From Candidatus Magasanikiibacteriota bacterium (lineage in GTDB: Bacteria; Patescibacteriota; Patescibacteriia; Magasanikbacterales; UBA922), in the NCBI GenBank assembly GCA_018650645.1, contig JABIFP010000005.1, positions 35,486 through 99,485 on the forward strand: a stretch of DNA of 64,000 bases, read 5' to 3'. Positions 36,060 through 45,247 of the stretch are shown in pieces. The notes under the pieces were generated by a model. It had not been told where the DNA came from. It worked only from the letters and a program-made list of their open reading frames with translations, and did not search any database. Both the position numbers and the translations under genes were made by a program. Positions within the stretch are counted from its first letter, which is position 1, and every line of letters starts with the position of its first letter.

Positions 36060-37091
36060 TTAAAAATCAGTATTAGCAAGATGATCGTGAGCCTTTGGGG
36101 TGACCTTGCGTCCTCTGGGAGTTCGCTCAAGCATTCCCATTTGCAATAAAAACGGTTCATAGATGGTTTCTACCGTATCCATGTCTTCTGCAATGGCTGC
36201 GGCAAGGGTGCTGAGCCCAACGGGGCCTCCCTGAAACGAATCGATAATAGTTTTCAGAATCTTTCTATCAATGTCGTCTAATCCGTGCGCATCAACGCGC
36301 AGCATAGTAAGGGCAGTTTGTGCTACTTCTTGATCAATTATACCATTAGCACGCACCTGCGCATAGTCTCTGACGCGTTTTAAGAGCCTGTTAGCAATTC
36401 TAGGGGTCCTGCGGGCGCTATTCGCTATCTGCTCAGCTGCTACCTCGTGCATATCTACTTCAAGCAGCGCGGCATTGCGTTTTACAATCGAGTGCATATC
36501 AACGGCATCGTAATATTCAAGGTGGAAGACATGTCCAAATCGATCTCTAAGGGGAGAAGAGAGCAGATTGAGCCTTGTTGTAGCGCCAATAAGGGTAAAT
36601 GGCTCAACTGGCATACGCAAGGTGCGCGCTGCAGGGCCTTTTCCTACAATAATATCAATGGCAAAATCCTCCATTGCCGTATAGAGGACTTCTTCAATAG
36701 TTTTATTCATTCTGTGGATTTCATCTATAAAGAGAACGTCTCCAGCAGAGAGGTTCGATAAGATTGCGGCGAGATCTCCTACTCGGTCTAATGCTGGACC
36801 CGCAGTAATACGTATATTGGCATTCATTTCTTTGGCAATGATGTTTGCCAGGGTTGTTTTTCCAAGCCCTGGGTTGCCGTATAGCAGCACATGTTCGAGT
36901 GGCTCAGTTCTTTTTTGTGCAGCTTCAATAGAAATGATAAGTGGCATCTTTATGTGAGACTGGCCAACAAACTGATCCAGTCGTTGTGGGCGTAGAGTAA
37001 CCTCAAGGACGTCCTCAGTGGTAGTTGCTGACGGTTCTACAATACGCGGCTCGCTTGGCGCTTCATCATCTATAAATGTGTATTCGCTCAT
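36060..37091 (-). CDS. ruvB: Holliday junction branch-migration ATPase RuvB
   Basis: Walker [16 protein letters not shown], sensor motifs and the RuvB winged-helix C-terminus. Confidence 0.9.
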   Translation of the reverse strand: MSEYTFIDDEAPSEPRIVEPSATTTEDVLEVTLRPQRLDQFVGQSHIKMPLIISIEAAQKRTEPLEHVLLYGNPGLGKTTLANIIAKEMNANIRITAGPALDRVGDLAAILSNLSAGDVLFIDEIHRMNKTIEEVLYTAMEDFAIDIIVGKGPAARTLRMPVEPFTLIGATTRLNLLSSPLRDRFGHVFHLEYYDAVDMHSIVKRNAALLEVDMHEVAAEQIANSARRTPRIANRLLKRVRDYAQVRANGIIDQEVAQTALTMLRVDAHGLDDIDRKILKTIIDSFQGGPVGLSTLAAAIAEDMDTVETIYEPFLLQMGMLERTPRGRKVTPKAHDHLANTDF

Positions 37092-37270
37092 AGTGTTGGT
37101 ATGGTAGCATGGGTGTGTGCTTCACTCAAGGAAACCTTTTTGCACAGCACTGTGCACAGGGTGTGTGGATAACGTGTGCAAAAGGTGAAAAAAAACGGTC
37201 TTTTTGGCTGCATGAAGCAATAATTGCTGCACAGCAAAGGCCGTGCTATAATGGGACGACCATTTGGCTC

Positions 37271-37286
37271 ACACAATATGTAGTGG
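37271..37286 (+). promoter_or_regulatory. NrdR box 1 (ACACAATATGTAGTGG)
   Basis: Matches the NrdR-box consensus acaCwAtATaTwGtgt; lies in the nrdA leader. Confidence 0.6.
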
Positions 37287-37303
37287 TTCACGCAAACACT
37301 CAT

Positions 37304-37317
37304 CACTATATATAGTT
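37304..37317 (+). promoter_or_regulatory. NrdR box 2 (CACTATATATAGTT)
   Basis: Second palindromic NrdR-like box ~32 bp (three helical turns) from box 1, the typical tandem arrangement. Confidence 0.6.
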
Positions 37318-37389
37318 TTTTCAGAAAAAAGAGATCATTCGGTTTTTTCATTCGACTGCCTGCTATAAAGGCACATTAATACTGGAGGT

Positions 37390-40248
37390 ATGGCCATTTC
37401 AAGTACCATTACACAGATTAAAAAACGAAACAGCGACGTTGTTCCGTTTGAACCTGCAAAGATTGAAGCTGCAATGCTTAAGGCATTTAACGGAACTCGC
37501 GCGGGAGTTGACGCGGGACTTTTGAATGCACTTGCAAAAGAAGTGATTTCAACGTTAGAGACATTATTTGCCCAAAAATCACCAGGAGTAGAGGACGTAC
37601 AAAATGTAGTAGAAAATGTTTTGATGGAAGCGGGATATTTTGATGTTGCAAAGCACTATATTATTTATAGATACGAGCACACAAAAAAACGTGCCAAGAA
37701 AAAAGAAGAAACGGTAAAGAAATTAGAAGAGGGTGGTATCTATGTTGTAAAAAAGAATGGACAACGCGAGCCATTTTACATGGACAAACTCAAAAAGGCG
37801 GTACGATTTTATATTCAAGGATACGAATCGATTATTGATATTGATGTCATTACCAATCAGATTCGCCAAGAAGTATATGAAGACATTGCTACCAAAGACA
37901 TTGCACGCGCAATTGTCATGGTGCTTCGAAGTTTTATTGAACATGACCCAGCATATTCTTTTACCGCTGCAAGAGCAGTATTAGCAACAGTATATAAAGA
38001 AGTGATTGGAAAAGAATCAATCGATTACAAAAATATTGAAAATCAACAGCGTGCAGCATTTGTAAATAGCATTCAGCGTGGTGTAGGAGCAGGTAGACTC
38101 GACCCAAGAATGCTCATGTTCAACCTCACAGAGCTTGCTGATACATTAGTAATGAGCAGAGACAATTTGCACACATACTTAAGTACGCAAACTATTGTTG
38201 ATCGATATTTCTTGCGTATTCCAGAAACAAATGAACTCCTAGAAACACCACAAATCTTTTGGATGCGTGTGGCAATGGGACTTGCATTAGATGAAAAGGA
38301 AGACAGAAACGAATGGGCAAAGAAATTTTATGAAGAAATGTCTGCGCTTCTGTACATTCCATCTACGCCAACATTGTTCCATTCAGGAACTATGCATCCG
38401 CAGATGAGCTCATGCTACCTTACAACGGTAGAAGATTCATTAGATCATATTTTCAAATGTTTTGGAGATAATGCGCAGCTTTCTAAATGGTCTGGTGGAA
38501 TTGGAAACGATTGGACAAACCTGCGTGGTACGAGCTCACTGATTAAAGGAACGGGAGTTGGAAGTCAGGGGATTATTCCATTTTTGAAAATTGCGAACGA
38601 TACAACAGCCGCAATTAATCGATCTGGAAAAAGACGTGGTGCAACATGTGCGTATTTAGAAACATGGCATTGGGATATTGAAGACTTCTTGGAACTCAGA
38701 AAAAACACAGGTGACGAACGCAGAAGAACACACGACATGAATACGGCAAACTGGATTCCAGACCTCTTTATGATGCGTGTAAAAGAAGACGCAATGTGGA
38801 GTTTGTTTAGTCCAAATGAAACACCAGACCTGCATCACACATACGGAAAAGAATTCAAACGCAGATACGAAGCGTACGAAGAAAAAGGGAAAGCAGGAGA
38901 ACTGCAACTCTTTAAACAAATCAAAGCAAAAGATCTTTGGAAAAAGATGCTTACCATGCTCTTTGAAACAGGTCATCCATGGATTACGTTTAAAGATCCA
39001 TGTAACTTACGTTCGCCGCAAGATCACGTTGGTGTGGTACACAGTTCAAACCTTTGTACTGAAATTACCCTCAACACATCTGAAGACGAAACAGCTGTAT
39101 GTAATCTTGGTTCATTGAACTTGGAACGATTTATCAGCGGTGGAACTTTTGATGAAGAAAAAATCAAGCGATCAACAGGTATCGCAATGCGCATGCTTGA
39201 TAATGTGATCAACTTGAATTTTTACCCAACAAAAGAAGCAAAATTCTCTAACATGAAGCATCGTCCGGTTGGAATTGGTGTTCGTGGATTCCAAGATGCG
39301 CTCTTCATGCTCGGCATCAACTTTGATTCTGATGAGTGTGTAGAATTTGCAGACAAGAGTATGGAAATCATTTCTTACTATGCAATTTTGGGATCAAGTG
39401 AGCTGGCAAAAGAGCGTGGTACATACGAAACATACCGCGGATCAAAATGGGATAGAGGAATTTTCCCAATCGATACCATTGCGCTTGTAGAACAAGAACG
39501 CGATACGGTGATTGATGTACCAAGAACAGAAACAATGGATTGGTCTGTGGTGCGTGAACACGTTGCAAAGCATGGAATGAGAAATTCAAACTGTATTTCA
39601 GTTGCACCGAGTGCCACAACAGCAAATATTGCTGGATGTTTCCCAACGGTTGAGCCAATTTACAAAAATATTTATGTAAAGGCGAATCAAGCTGGGGACT
39701 TCACTATTGTAAACCCGTATTTGGTTGCAGAATTAAAGCAAAGAAATTTGTGGGATGCAGAAATGCTTGGGAAATTGAAATATTATGATGGGCAGCTCGC
39801 TCAAATTACAGAAATTCCACAAGACATGAAAGATAAGTTCAAAGAAGCATTTGAAATTCACCCAATGTGGCTCATTAAAGCTGCTGCATACAGAGGAAAA
39901 TGGATTGATCAAAGTCAATCACTGAACATTTTCTATTCAGGGAAAAGTGGAAAGGAAATCAATGACATATATATGTATGCCTGGGATATGGGGCTTAAAA
40001 CGACGTACTACATGCGTACCATGGCAGCCTCACAGGTAGAAAAGTCTACTGTACAAATCAGCAAATACGGAGAAACACATAACAGAGCAACAGGAACCGC
40101 CGCGGCTCCTGAGGCTTCTACTCCAGCTCAACCTGTTCCTGCTCCTACTCCTGCAGCAGCAAAAGCAACCGTGTCAGCAGCCGTTATGGCGCAGGCGGTT
40201 CCTCAGTGTCGGATTGATGATCCGGACTGTGATTCATGTGGGGGATAA
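37390..40248 (+). CDS. nrdA: Ribonucleoside-diphosphate reductase alpha subunit (class I, with N-terminal ATP-cone)
   Basis: ATP-cone (VVKRNGQREPF / KIEAAMLKAF), catalytic core (NLCTEI, PSATTANI) and C-terminal Cys pair; followed by the R2 gene. Confidence 0.9.
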   Translation: MAISSTITQIKKRNSDVVPFEPAKIEAAMLKAFNGTRAGVDAGLLNALAKEVISTLETLFAQKSPGVEDVQNVVENVLMEAGYFDVAKHYIIYRYEHTKKRAKKKEETVKKLEEGGIYVVKKNGQREPFYMDKLKKAVRFYIQGYESIIDIDVITNQIRQEVYEDIATKDIARAIVMVLRSFIEHDPAYSFTAARAVLATVYKEVIGKESIDYKNIENQQRAAFVNSIQRGVGAGRLDPRMLMFNLTELADTLVMSRDNLHTYLSTQTIVDRYFLRIPETNELLETPQIFWMRVAMGLALDEKEDRNEWAKKFYEEMSALLYIPSTPTLFHSGTMHPQMSSCYLTTVEDSLDHIFKCFGDNAQLSKWSGGIGNDWTNLRGTSSLIKGTGVGSQGIIPFLKIANDTTAAINRSGKRRGATCAYLETWHWDIEDFLELRKNTGDERRRTHDMNTANWIPDLFMMRVKEDAMWSLFSPNETPDLHHTYGKEFKRRYEAYEEKGKAGELQLFKQIKAKDLWKKMLTMLFETGHPWITFKDPCNLRSPQDHVGVVHSSNLCTEITLNTSEDETAVCNLGSLNLERFISGGTFDEEKIKRSTGIAMRMLDNVINLNFYPTKEAKFSNMKHRPVGIGVRGFQDALFMLGINFDSDECVEFADKSMEIISYYAILGSSELAKERGTYETYRGSKWDRGIFPIDTIALVEQERDTVIDVPRTETMDWSVVREHVAKHGMRNSNCISVAPSATTANIAGCFPTVEPIYKNIYVKANQAGDFTIVNPYLVAELKQRNLWDAEMLGKLKYYDGQLAQITEIPQDMKDKFKEAFEIHPMWLIKAAAYRGKWIDQSQSLNIFYSGKSGKEINDIYMYAWDMGLKTTYYMRTMAASQVEKSTVQISKYGETHNRATGTAAAPEASTPAQPVPAPTPAAAKATVSAAVMAQAVPQCRIDDPDCDSCGG

Positions 40249-40260
40249 TACTATACGCAT

Positions 40261-41295
40261 ATGCCAATTAAAAAAACATCAGAACGAATTGATATCAATC
40301 AGCGTCGGATCATTAATGGAGCCGATGCTGATGTGATGCAATTATATCCAATGCGACATACATTTGCGTGGGAAGCTTACAATGCAGGAAACGCAAACCA
40401 TTGGCTTCCAACAGAAATCATGATGCAAAATGATATTGAGCAGTGGCGAGCAGATGACGTACTTTCAGATGATGAACGTGCGGCATTTAAAACGGTCCTT
40501 GGATTTTTCTCAACAGCAGACTCGATTGCGGCAAACAATATCGTAATTGCAATGTACAAACACATCACTTCTCCGGAGTGTAGAATGTATTTGCTCCGTC
40601 AGGGATATGAAGAAGCAATTCACACGCATGCATATCAGTATATTGTAGAATCACTTGGGTTAGATGAAGGAGAAATCTTCAACATGTACAGAGAAGTTGA
40701 TGCCATTTACGACAAAGCATCATTTATTCTGACATTTAATGAAGGAATCTTTGATCCGTCATTTAAAACAGGAACGTTTGAAGCTGATCAGAAATTTTTA
40801 GAAAATATTGCCGTATTTTCTTTGATCATGGAAGGAATTTTCTTCTATAGTTCATTTGCAGTGATCTTTGGATTCCACAGACAGAACAAAATGATTGGTT
40901 CTGCGGAACAAATTCAATACATCATGAGAGACGAGTCTCAGCACTTAAACTTTGGTATTAATTTGATCAATACGATTAAAGACGAGCAACCAGAACTTTG
41001 GACTGAAGAATTCCAGGCGCACTTGGTGGGTCTGATTAGAGAAGCTGTTGATCTTGAAGCAACATTTGCAGCAACGGTATTCCCGAAAGGAATATTTGGT
41101 ATGAATGCGCCAAGTTTCCGTCAGTATATTGAGCATATCGCAGACCGTAGACTTGCACGTGTTGGTTTGCCAAAGCAATATAATGTAACAAATCCATTTC
41201 CATGGATGAGTGAAGCCGCTGATCTAAATAAAGAAAAAAACTTTTTTGAAACTCGTGTTATTGAGTATCAAACAGGTGGAGCACTCGACTGGTAA
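40261..41295 (+). CDS. nrdB: Ribonucleoside-diphosphate reductase beta subunit (class I R2, ferritin-like)
   Basis: Di-iron ligand motifs EEAIHTHAY and ESQHLNF; located directly after the R1 gene. Confidence 0.9.
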   Translation: MPIKKTSERIDINQRRIINGADADVMQLYPMRHTFAWEAYNAGNANHWLPTEIMMQNDIEQWRADDVLSDDERAAFKTVLGFFSTADSIAANNIVIAMYKHITSPECRMYLLRQGYEEAIHTHAYQYIVESLGLDEGEIFNMYREVDAIYDKASFILTFNEGIFDPSFKTGTFEADQKFLENIAVFSLIMEGIFFYSSFAVIFGFHRQNKMIGSAEQIQYIMRDESQHLNFGINLINTIKDEQPELWTEEFQAHLVGLIREAVDLEATFAATVFPKGIFGMNAPSFRQYIEHIADRRLARVGLPKQYNVTNPFPWMSEAADLNKEKNFFETRVIEYQTGGALDW

Positions 41296-41511
41296 TTGCG
41301 TACTCCTGTTGGCTCTAGATATTCTGGGGCTGCAGAAGGACACAATTGTATCGGGGGTAGAGGAGTGATAGTGAGATTACTCTGAGGGATTGTTCTTGTG
41401 CCTCTCTTGTCGTGGTAAGTCCACTCGTTAGTTCGGGTGGGCTTTTTGTTTGACGGATATTCGTTTAATCAGTACTCTGTAATAGCATTTGCTGATGGAG
41501 GAGAAAATCAG

Positions 41512-41736
41512 ATGGAAATGCAGGCGATTGTGAAGTACGAGCACCTGTCGGTGCTCAAAGGGATGCTCGCTGATGCGAAGACGCTTGAGGCGTTGCGCAA
41601 ACTCGCGGGTGTTTCGCTGCAGGAACTGCTCACTGGCATGGCATGGTTCAAACTTGAGGCATCGTCGCAGGAAGACGAGCGACGGGACTTGGGCAGCGTG
41701 ACTCTGGGCGAGCTCAGGCAGATGCTCGCAGAGTAG
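41512..41736 (+). CDS. Small hypothetical protein (GC-rich island 2, ORF A, ~74 aa)
   Basis: GGAGGAG SD 9 nt upstream of the ATG; high GC relative to flanks; no family recognised. Confidence 0.3.
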   Translation: MEMQAIVKYEHLSVLKGMLADAKTLEALRKLAGVSLQELLTGMAWFKLEASSQEDERRDLGSVTLGELRQMLAE

Positions 41737-41824
41737 GGCTAAGTGGACCGAACCAACCTATCCACCGTTGACGAGAGGGCAACGATCCTGTATTCTCTTG
41801 TGACGAACACAAGGGGGACATTGG

Positions 41825-42061
41825 GTGTTTGAAATGCGAGTACATGCTCGCGATCCATATCAGGTAAAGATTGTGGTGGGGACGGCCGGGCCGCTCGGTA
41901 GCAATTGGGAGCCTGATGTGACGCAAGAAGAGGACGGTGTTGTTGGCACGATTCGTATTACTGACCGCCGCCTTGCCAGGCAGTTTCTGCAGGATGCCAT
42001 GGTGGTAGCCCGTGCGCTGCCGAGTCAGATCACCGTCATCGGCGACCTGTCGCTGAACTAA
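41825..42061 (+). CDS. Small hypothetical protein (GC-rich island 2, ORF B, ~78 aa)
   Basis: AGGGGGA SD 7 nt before GTG 41825 (an ATG lies at 41834); high GC3. Confidence 0.3.
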   Translation: MFEMRVHARDPYQVKIVVGTAGPLGSNWEPDVTQEEDGVVGTIRITDRRLARQFLQDAMVVARALPSQITVIGDLSLN

Positions 42062-42099
42062 CTTCCCAATACAATGGGGCATTGAAGGAGGTATTGGGA

Positions 42100-42137
42100 A
42101 CAAACAAAAAAGACGCATGTGTGCGTCTTTTTTGTTT
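42100..42137. terminator. Bidirectional rho-independent terminator (AAGACGCA-tgtg-TGCGTCTT flanked by A and T tracts)
   Basis: Lies between island 2 (+) and the end of the Nudix gene (-); near-identical to the terminator at 51268..51302. Confidence 0.75.
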
Positions 42138-42717
42138 ATGTAGAGAAAAGATTTTTTAACGATTCTTTTTTCTCTGTATCAACTTGCGCTTCCCAGAAGT
42201 AACGCTGTATTTCTTTTTCGTAAAACTGTGGTTCTGTTCCAATCTTGAGTAATTCTTCAAAACTTACGGGATAGAGTGAAATTTTTTCACCAGCATCGAG
42301 GTTTAATTCAGCTACATTTGTAATCCCCTTTGCAATAAAGGTGTAAACGGCCCATTCAATCTTTGATATTGGTTGTTGTGCGTCCAAGAGAATATATTCT
42401 TTTGCGCTGTATCCGGTTTCTTCAAGAAGCTCTCGTTTTGCTGCTGTGAGAATATCTTCCCCTGCATCAACGCGACCACCTGCAGCACCAATGAAGGGCG
42501 CTTTTCCGGGCTGTTCTTGTTTTGTTAACAATATCTTTCCATCATCTGTAATTGCAAAAACAATCACGGTGTCTGGTCGCTTTAGTTTCTCAAATATCGT
42601 CGTTGAGCCATCATACATCTTTTGCTCCCATTGATACACATCAAATATTGCACCAGAGAAAACCTTTTTTGCATGTGCTGGAAGTGGTTGTGAGGATTTT
42701 GGTCGTGGAATGTCCAT
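42136..42717 (-). CDS. Nudix hydrolase (ADP-ribose pyrophosphatase-like)
   Basis: Nudix box GGRVDAGEDILTAAKRELLEETG; start set at MDIPRP (ATG at 42715-42717) because the longer ORF would run through the tRNA-Leu gene. Confidence 0.8.
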   Translation of the reverse strand: MDIPRPKSSQPLPAHAKKVFSGAIFDVYQWEQKMYDGSTTIFEKLKRPDTVIVFAITDDGKILLTKQEQPGKAPFIGAAGGRVDAGEDILTAAKRELLEETGYSAKEYILLDAQQPISKIEWAVYTFIAKGITNVAELNLDAGEKISLYPVSFEELLKIGTEPQFYEKEIQRYFWEAQVDTEKKESLKNLFST

Positions 42718-42756
42718 GTGTTTTTTTTGCTCGCCTGCCGAAGCTTTAGCGTAGGC

Positions 42757-42843
42757 TGGTGCCGTGGGCGGGACTCGAACCCGCGCGAGGTTTCCCTCAA
42801 GGGATTTTAAGTCCCTCGTGTCTACCAACTCCACCACCACGGC
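42757..42843 (-). tRNA. tRNA-Leu (anticodon TAA), type II with long variable arm, CCA encoded
   Basis: Minus-strand sequence GCCGTGG...CCACGGC-A-CCA; anticodon loop CTTAAAA; T-loop GGTTCGAGTCC; 87 nt. Confidence 0.8.
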
Positions 42844-42895
42844 GTGAAGTAGGGACAATATAGCAGAAAGAGGTAACTCAGGCAAGAGGGCGGTG

Positions 42896-42910
42896 GATTG
42901 ACAGAAAGAG
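42896..42910 (+). promoter_or_regulatory. Promoter-like motif GATTGACAGAAAGAG (-35 TTGACA), 17-nt spacer, -10 TTAAGT, upstream of island 3 ORF
   Basis: The identical 15-mer recurs at 44549..44563 in the same position relative to another GC-rich small ORF; followed by SD TAAGGAGG and ATG 42954. Confidence 0.5.
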
Positions 42911-42953
42911 GAGGGTTTGGTTAAGTTACTATAGAAACCATAAGGAGGTTCTG

Positions 42954-43322
42954 ATGAGAAATGCTCTGGTAGACGATAAGACGTTGCCGCTGTACGATCA
43001 AAGTGATGTGGCCATGTTTGGCTGCCCGCTCTGTGAGTGTAGTGATGCGTCGTACCGGGTTGTGGATGTGTGGGAAGTTGCGGGCAACCCAATTGTCCAG
43101 GTGCTTGTGCACCTCGATGCGGAGTGCTCGGGGCGGTTCCGTCAGCGTTGCGATGCAATGTTTTGTCTGGAGTCCCCGCGGACACACCCATGCGGGATTT
43201 GCTCCAGCAGGGATTTCGATCATCCTGACGACGCGGAGCTGCCGCGGCCCACGCCACCACGATCGTCTAGGCACAGGCACACGGGCTCTCCGCCCAAGGT
43301 TCCTGCCGTCCTTGATGACTAG
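42954..43322 (+). CDS. Small Cys/His-rich hypothetical protein (GC-rich island 3)
   Basis: Perfect SD (TAAGGAGGTT, 6 nt spacer); CPLCEC...HLDAEC...HPCGIC suggests a zinc-ribbon-like arrangement; Pro/Arg-rich tail. Confidence 0.4.
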   Translation: MRNALVDDKTLPLYDQSDVAMFGCPLCECSDASYRVVDVWEVAGNPIVQVLVHLDAECSGRFRQRCDAMFCLESPRTHPCGICSSRDFDHPDDAELPRPTPPRSSRHRHTGSPPKVPAVLDD

Positions 43323-43402
43323 TTCTGGCGGCGTTCGGTTCTTCGCGCGTCGCCCTGAGTATATATACGTATATTCAGGGAGGAGGATGCGAAGAATCGA
43401 AT

Positions 43403-43440
43403 AAAAAAAAGAGACTGCATAGCGCAGTCTCTTTTCGTTT
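43403..43440. terminator. Bidirectional rho-independent terminator (AGAGACTGC-atagc-GCAGTCTCT)
   Basis: Perfect 9-bp stem flanked by AAAAAAAA and TTTTCGTTT; lies between island 3 (+) and the end of the permease gene (-). Confidence 0.75.
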
Positions 43441-43446
43441 GTAATA

Positions 43447-44505
43447 TTAATTGTGTTGCAGTTCTTTATTGTAATAATGATCGTACATGGTAACAACTGC
43501 AAGGAAGAGTGACATAAGCACCGGCCCAATGACGAATCCAGAAATACCAAAGATCATGAGCCCACCAAGAGTAGAAAAGAGTACTAATAGCGGATGCATT
43601 TGTGTGTCTTTTCCAATAAGTGGTGGTCTGAGTAAATTATCAATGTTACTGATAATTACTGCGCCCACAATAAGAATGGTAAGTCCTTGCCATGTGCTGC
43701 CTGTTGCCAGCATGATCACACCAGCAGGGAACCATACAACAAACGATCCAATTGCTGGAATAATAGAAAGAATCGTCATAACTACTCCCCAAATCAGTAC
43801 CCCTTCTACGCCGGTAATGGCAAAGAGAATTGCACCAAGCACACCCTGAATTCCGCCAATAATAACGGTACTTTTCAGTGTTGCTCTTGCTGTAGAAGTA
43901 AATCGACTATAGAGCATTTTTTCATACGTGTCTCCAAGAGGAGAGAGGTGCATGAGCCTATCAAGCATGCGCTTTCCGTCTTTGAGGAAATAGAAGAGGG
44001 AATAGAGCATGAGGAAAGAAAGGAACAGGAACCGTAGTGAATTGGATGTGAGTGCTTTGACACTGGCAAAGATTGTAACTGAAAGCGATTTTGCTGCGCC
44101 CGCTGCATATTCTTGCCATTGCGCTTGAATCATATCGAATACCGGAGCTGCAAATGATTGCTGCAGCCTGGTGGTAAGTTCTGCTGCGCTTCCAAACATC
44201 TCGCCTGAAGCAATTTGTGTATAAAGGACTGCCGATTCTTGCACTAAGAGAAGTGAAAGCAAAATAAGTGGCATAAACAGGAGCACAATCACGAGTAGCA
44301 CAGTAATTGCTGCACTGGCTGATTTGATTTTGATATGTTTATCAATCCACAAATATAGTGGATAGAACATAACCGCGACAACGGCCGCCCAAAAAATTGG
44401 ATAGGCAAATGGACGAAGCAGATACAGGGCCATGAGTCCAAGTAGGATGATAGTACCTACAAAGAACCCAGATTGCATCCGCGCAAAGCTAATGCTTTCT
44501 TTCAT
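43447..44505 (-). CDS. AI-2E family (PerM/UPF0118) transporter
   Basis: 8 TM helices and the family-typical FAYPIFWAAVVAVMFYPLY...IGGIQGVLGAILFAITG...WFPAGV pattern; start set at MKESISF (ATG at 44503-44505) to avoid the extension that overlaps island 4. Confidence 0.75.
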   Translation of the reverse strand: MKESISFARMQSGFFVGTIILLGLMALYLLRPFAYPIFWAAVVAVMFYPLYLWIDKHIKIKSASAAITVLLVIVLLFMPLILLSLLLVQESAVLYTQIASGEMFGSAAELTTRLQQSFAAPVFDMIQAQWQEYAAGAAKSLSVTIFASVKALTSNSLRFLFLSFLMLYSLFYFLKDGKRMLDRLMHLSPLGDTYEKMLYSRFTSTARATLKSTVIIGGIQGVLGAILFAITGVEGVLIWGVVMTILSIIPAIGSFVVWFPAGVIMLATGSTWQGLTILIVGAVIISNIDNLLRPPLIGKDTQMHPLLVLFSTLGGLMIFGISGFVIGPVLMSLFLAVVTMYDHYYNKELQHN

Positions 44506-44548
44506 AGGGTGAAGATAAGAATATTGATGTGAGTATAGCACGGATGGG

Positions 44549-44563
44549 AGATTGACAGAAAGA
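44549..44563 (+). promoter_or_regulatory. Promoter-like motif GATTGACAGAAAGAG (second copy), 17-nt spacer, -10 TAGGTT
   Basis: Identical 15-mer to 42896..42910; precedes the island 4 ORF. Confidence 0.5.
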
Positions 44564-44593
44564 GTAATTAGTGGTAGGTTCAGGGTGCGTTTC

Positions 44594-45115
44594 ATGAAGC
44601 CCAGAAGGGAGGGCAGAATGCTGAAGAGTTTGAACAGGAAGAGGAACGGGGAGTACTCACCACCAGTGATGGGGGTCCTTATTCTGCTTGTAGGGGTGTT
44701 TGCCTTCATGCTCGGGAGGGAGCAGGGCTTTTCAGAGACCAAAACTCCGGAGCAGAAGCTCACGCGGCAACGTGCTGTCGGCTACCATCGTCTCAACAGC
44801 GGACTGGAGAATGGCTCCTGCCGCAAGAAGAGCGACTGGCGGCGCTTTCCGGGCGAGTGCATCACCGTATGCACAACGACGTCCGGCATGGCCATGGTCA
44901 CCGTTCACGAAGCAGATGACTGCAAGAACGGACAGTTCGACGGGCTGCGTCCGACACAACTGCAGATGTTGCAGACCAACCTGAACGAGTGCGGCATCTT
45001 CAACAGGTGGGCAACGGACAACCAGTGTCGGCTGGTCTGCCCGCTCGGTCGTGCCCGCTTTAGCCTTCCGCAGCACATGTGCGACAAGTTCGCAGATCAG
45101 CCACCGGAAGGATGA
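44594..45115 (+). CDS. Small membrane-anchored/secreted Cys-rich hypothetical protein (GC-rich island 4)
   Basis: N-terminal TM/signal-anchor PVMGVLILLVGVFAFMLG followed by a domain with 10 Cys; alternative start ATG 44618 is preceded by SD AGGGAGGG; high GC3. Confidence 0.4.
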   Translation: MKPRREGRMLKSLNRKRNGEYSPPVMGVLILLVGVFAFMLGREQGFSETKTPEQKLTRQRAVGYHRLNSGLENGSCRKKSDWRRFPGECITVCTTTSGMAMVTVHEADDCKNGQFDGLRPTQLQMLQTNLNECGIFNRWATDNQCRLVCPLGRARFSLPQHMCDKFADQPPEG

Positions 45116-45247
45116 TCACAACCTCTTGAGTCGGGCGCCCAAGGCGTCCGGCTCAACCAATATATGCATCCCCATGCATTATTTTTTTTGTTTCCATATA
45201 GCGTAGGGCATGGTATACTTTTCTCGTATATTTTTGCCTGTTTTTTT

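Noticed and set aside
37088-37351. 87-aa minus-strand ORF upstream of ruvB
   Set aside because: It overlaps the nrdA promoter and NrdR boxes, has no RBS and a Cys/Phe-rich random-looking composition. It would also overlap the ruvB start. It was treated as non-coding leader.
42718-43260. N-terminal 180-aa extension of the Nudix ORF (the ORF track gives 374 aa)
   Set aside because: The extension reads straight through the tRNA-Leu gene and the GC-rich island 3 on the opposite strand. The conserved Nudix domain begins at internal Met MDIPRP.
44506-44763. N-terminal 86-aa extension of the AI-2E transporter ORF
   Set aside because: It overlaps island 4 and its promoter motif on the other strand. 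The conserved membrane domain starts after the internal Met, which has a plausible start context.
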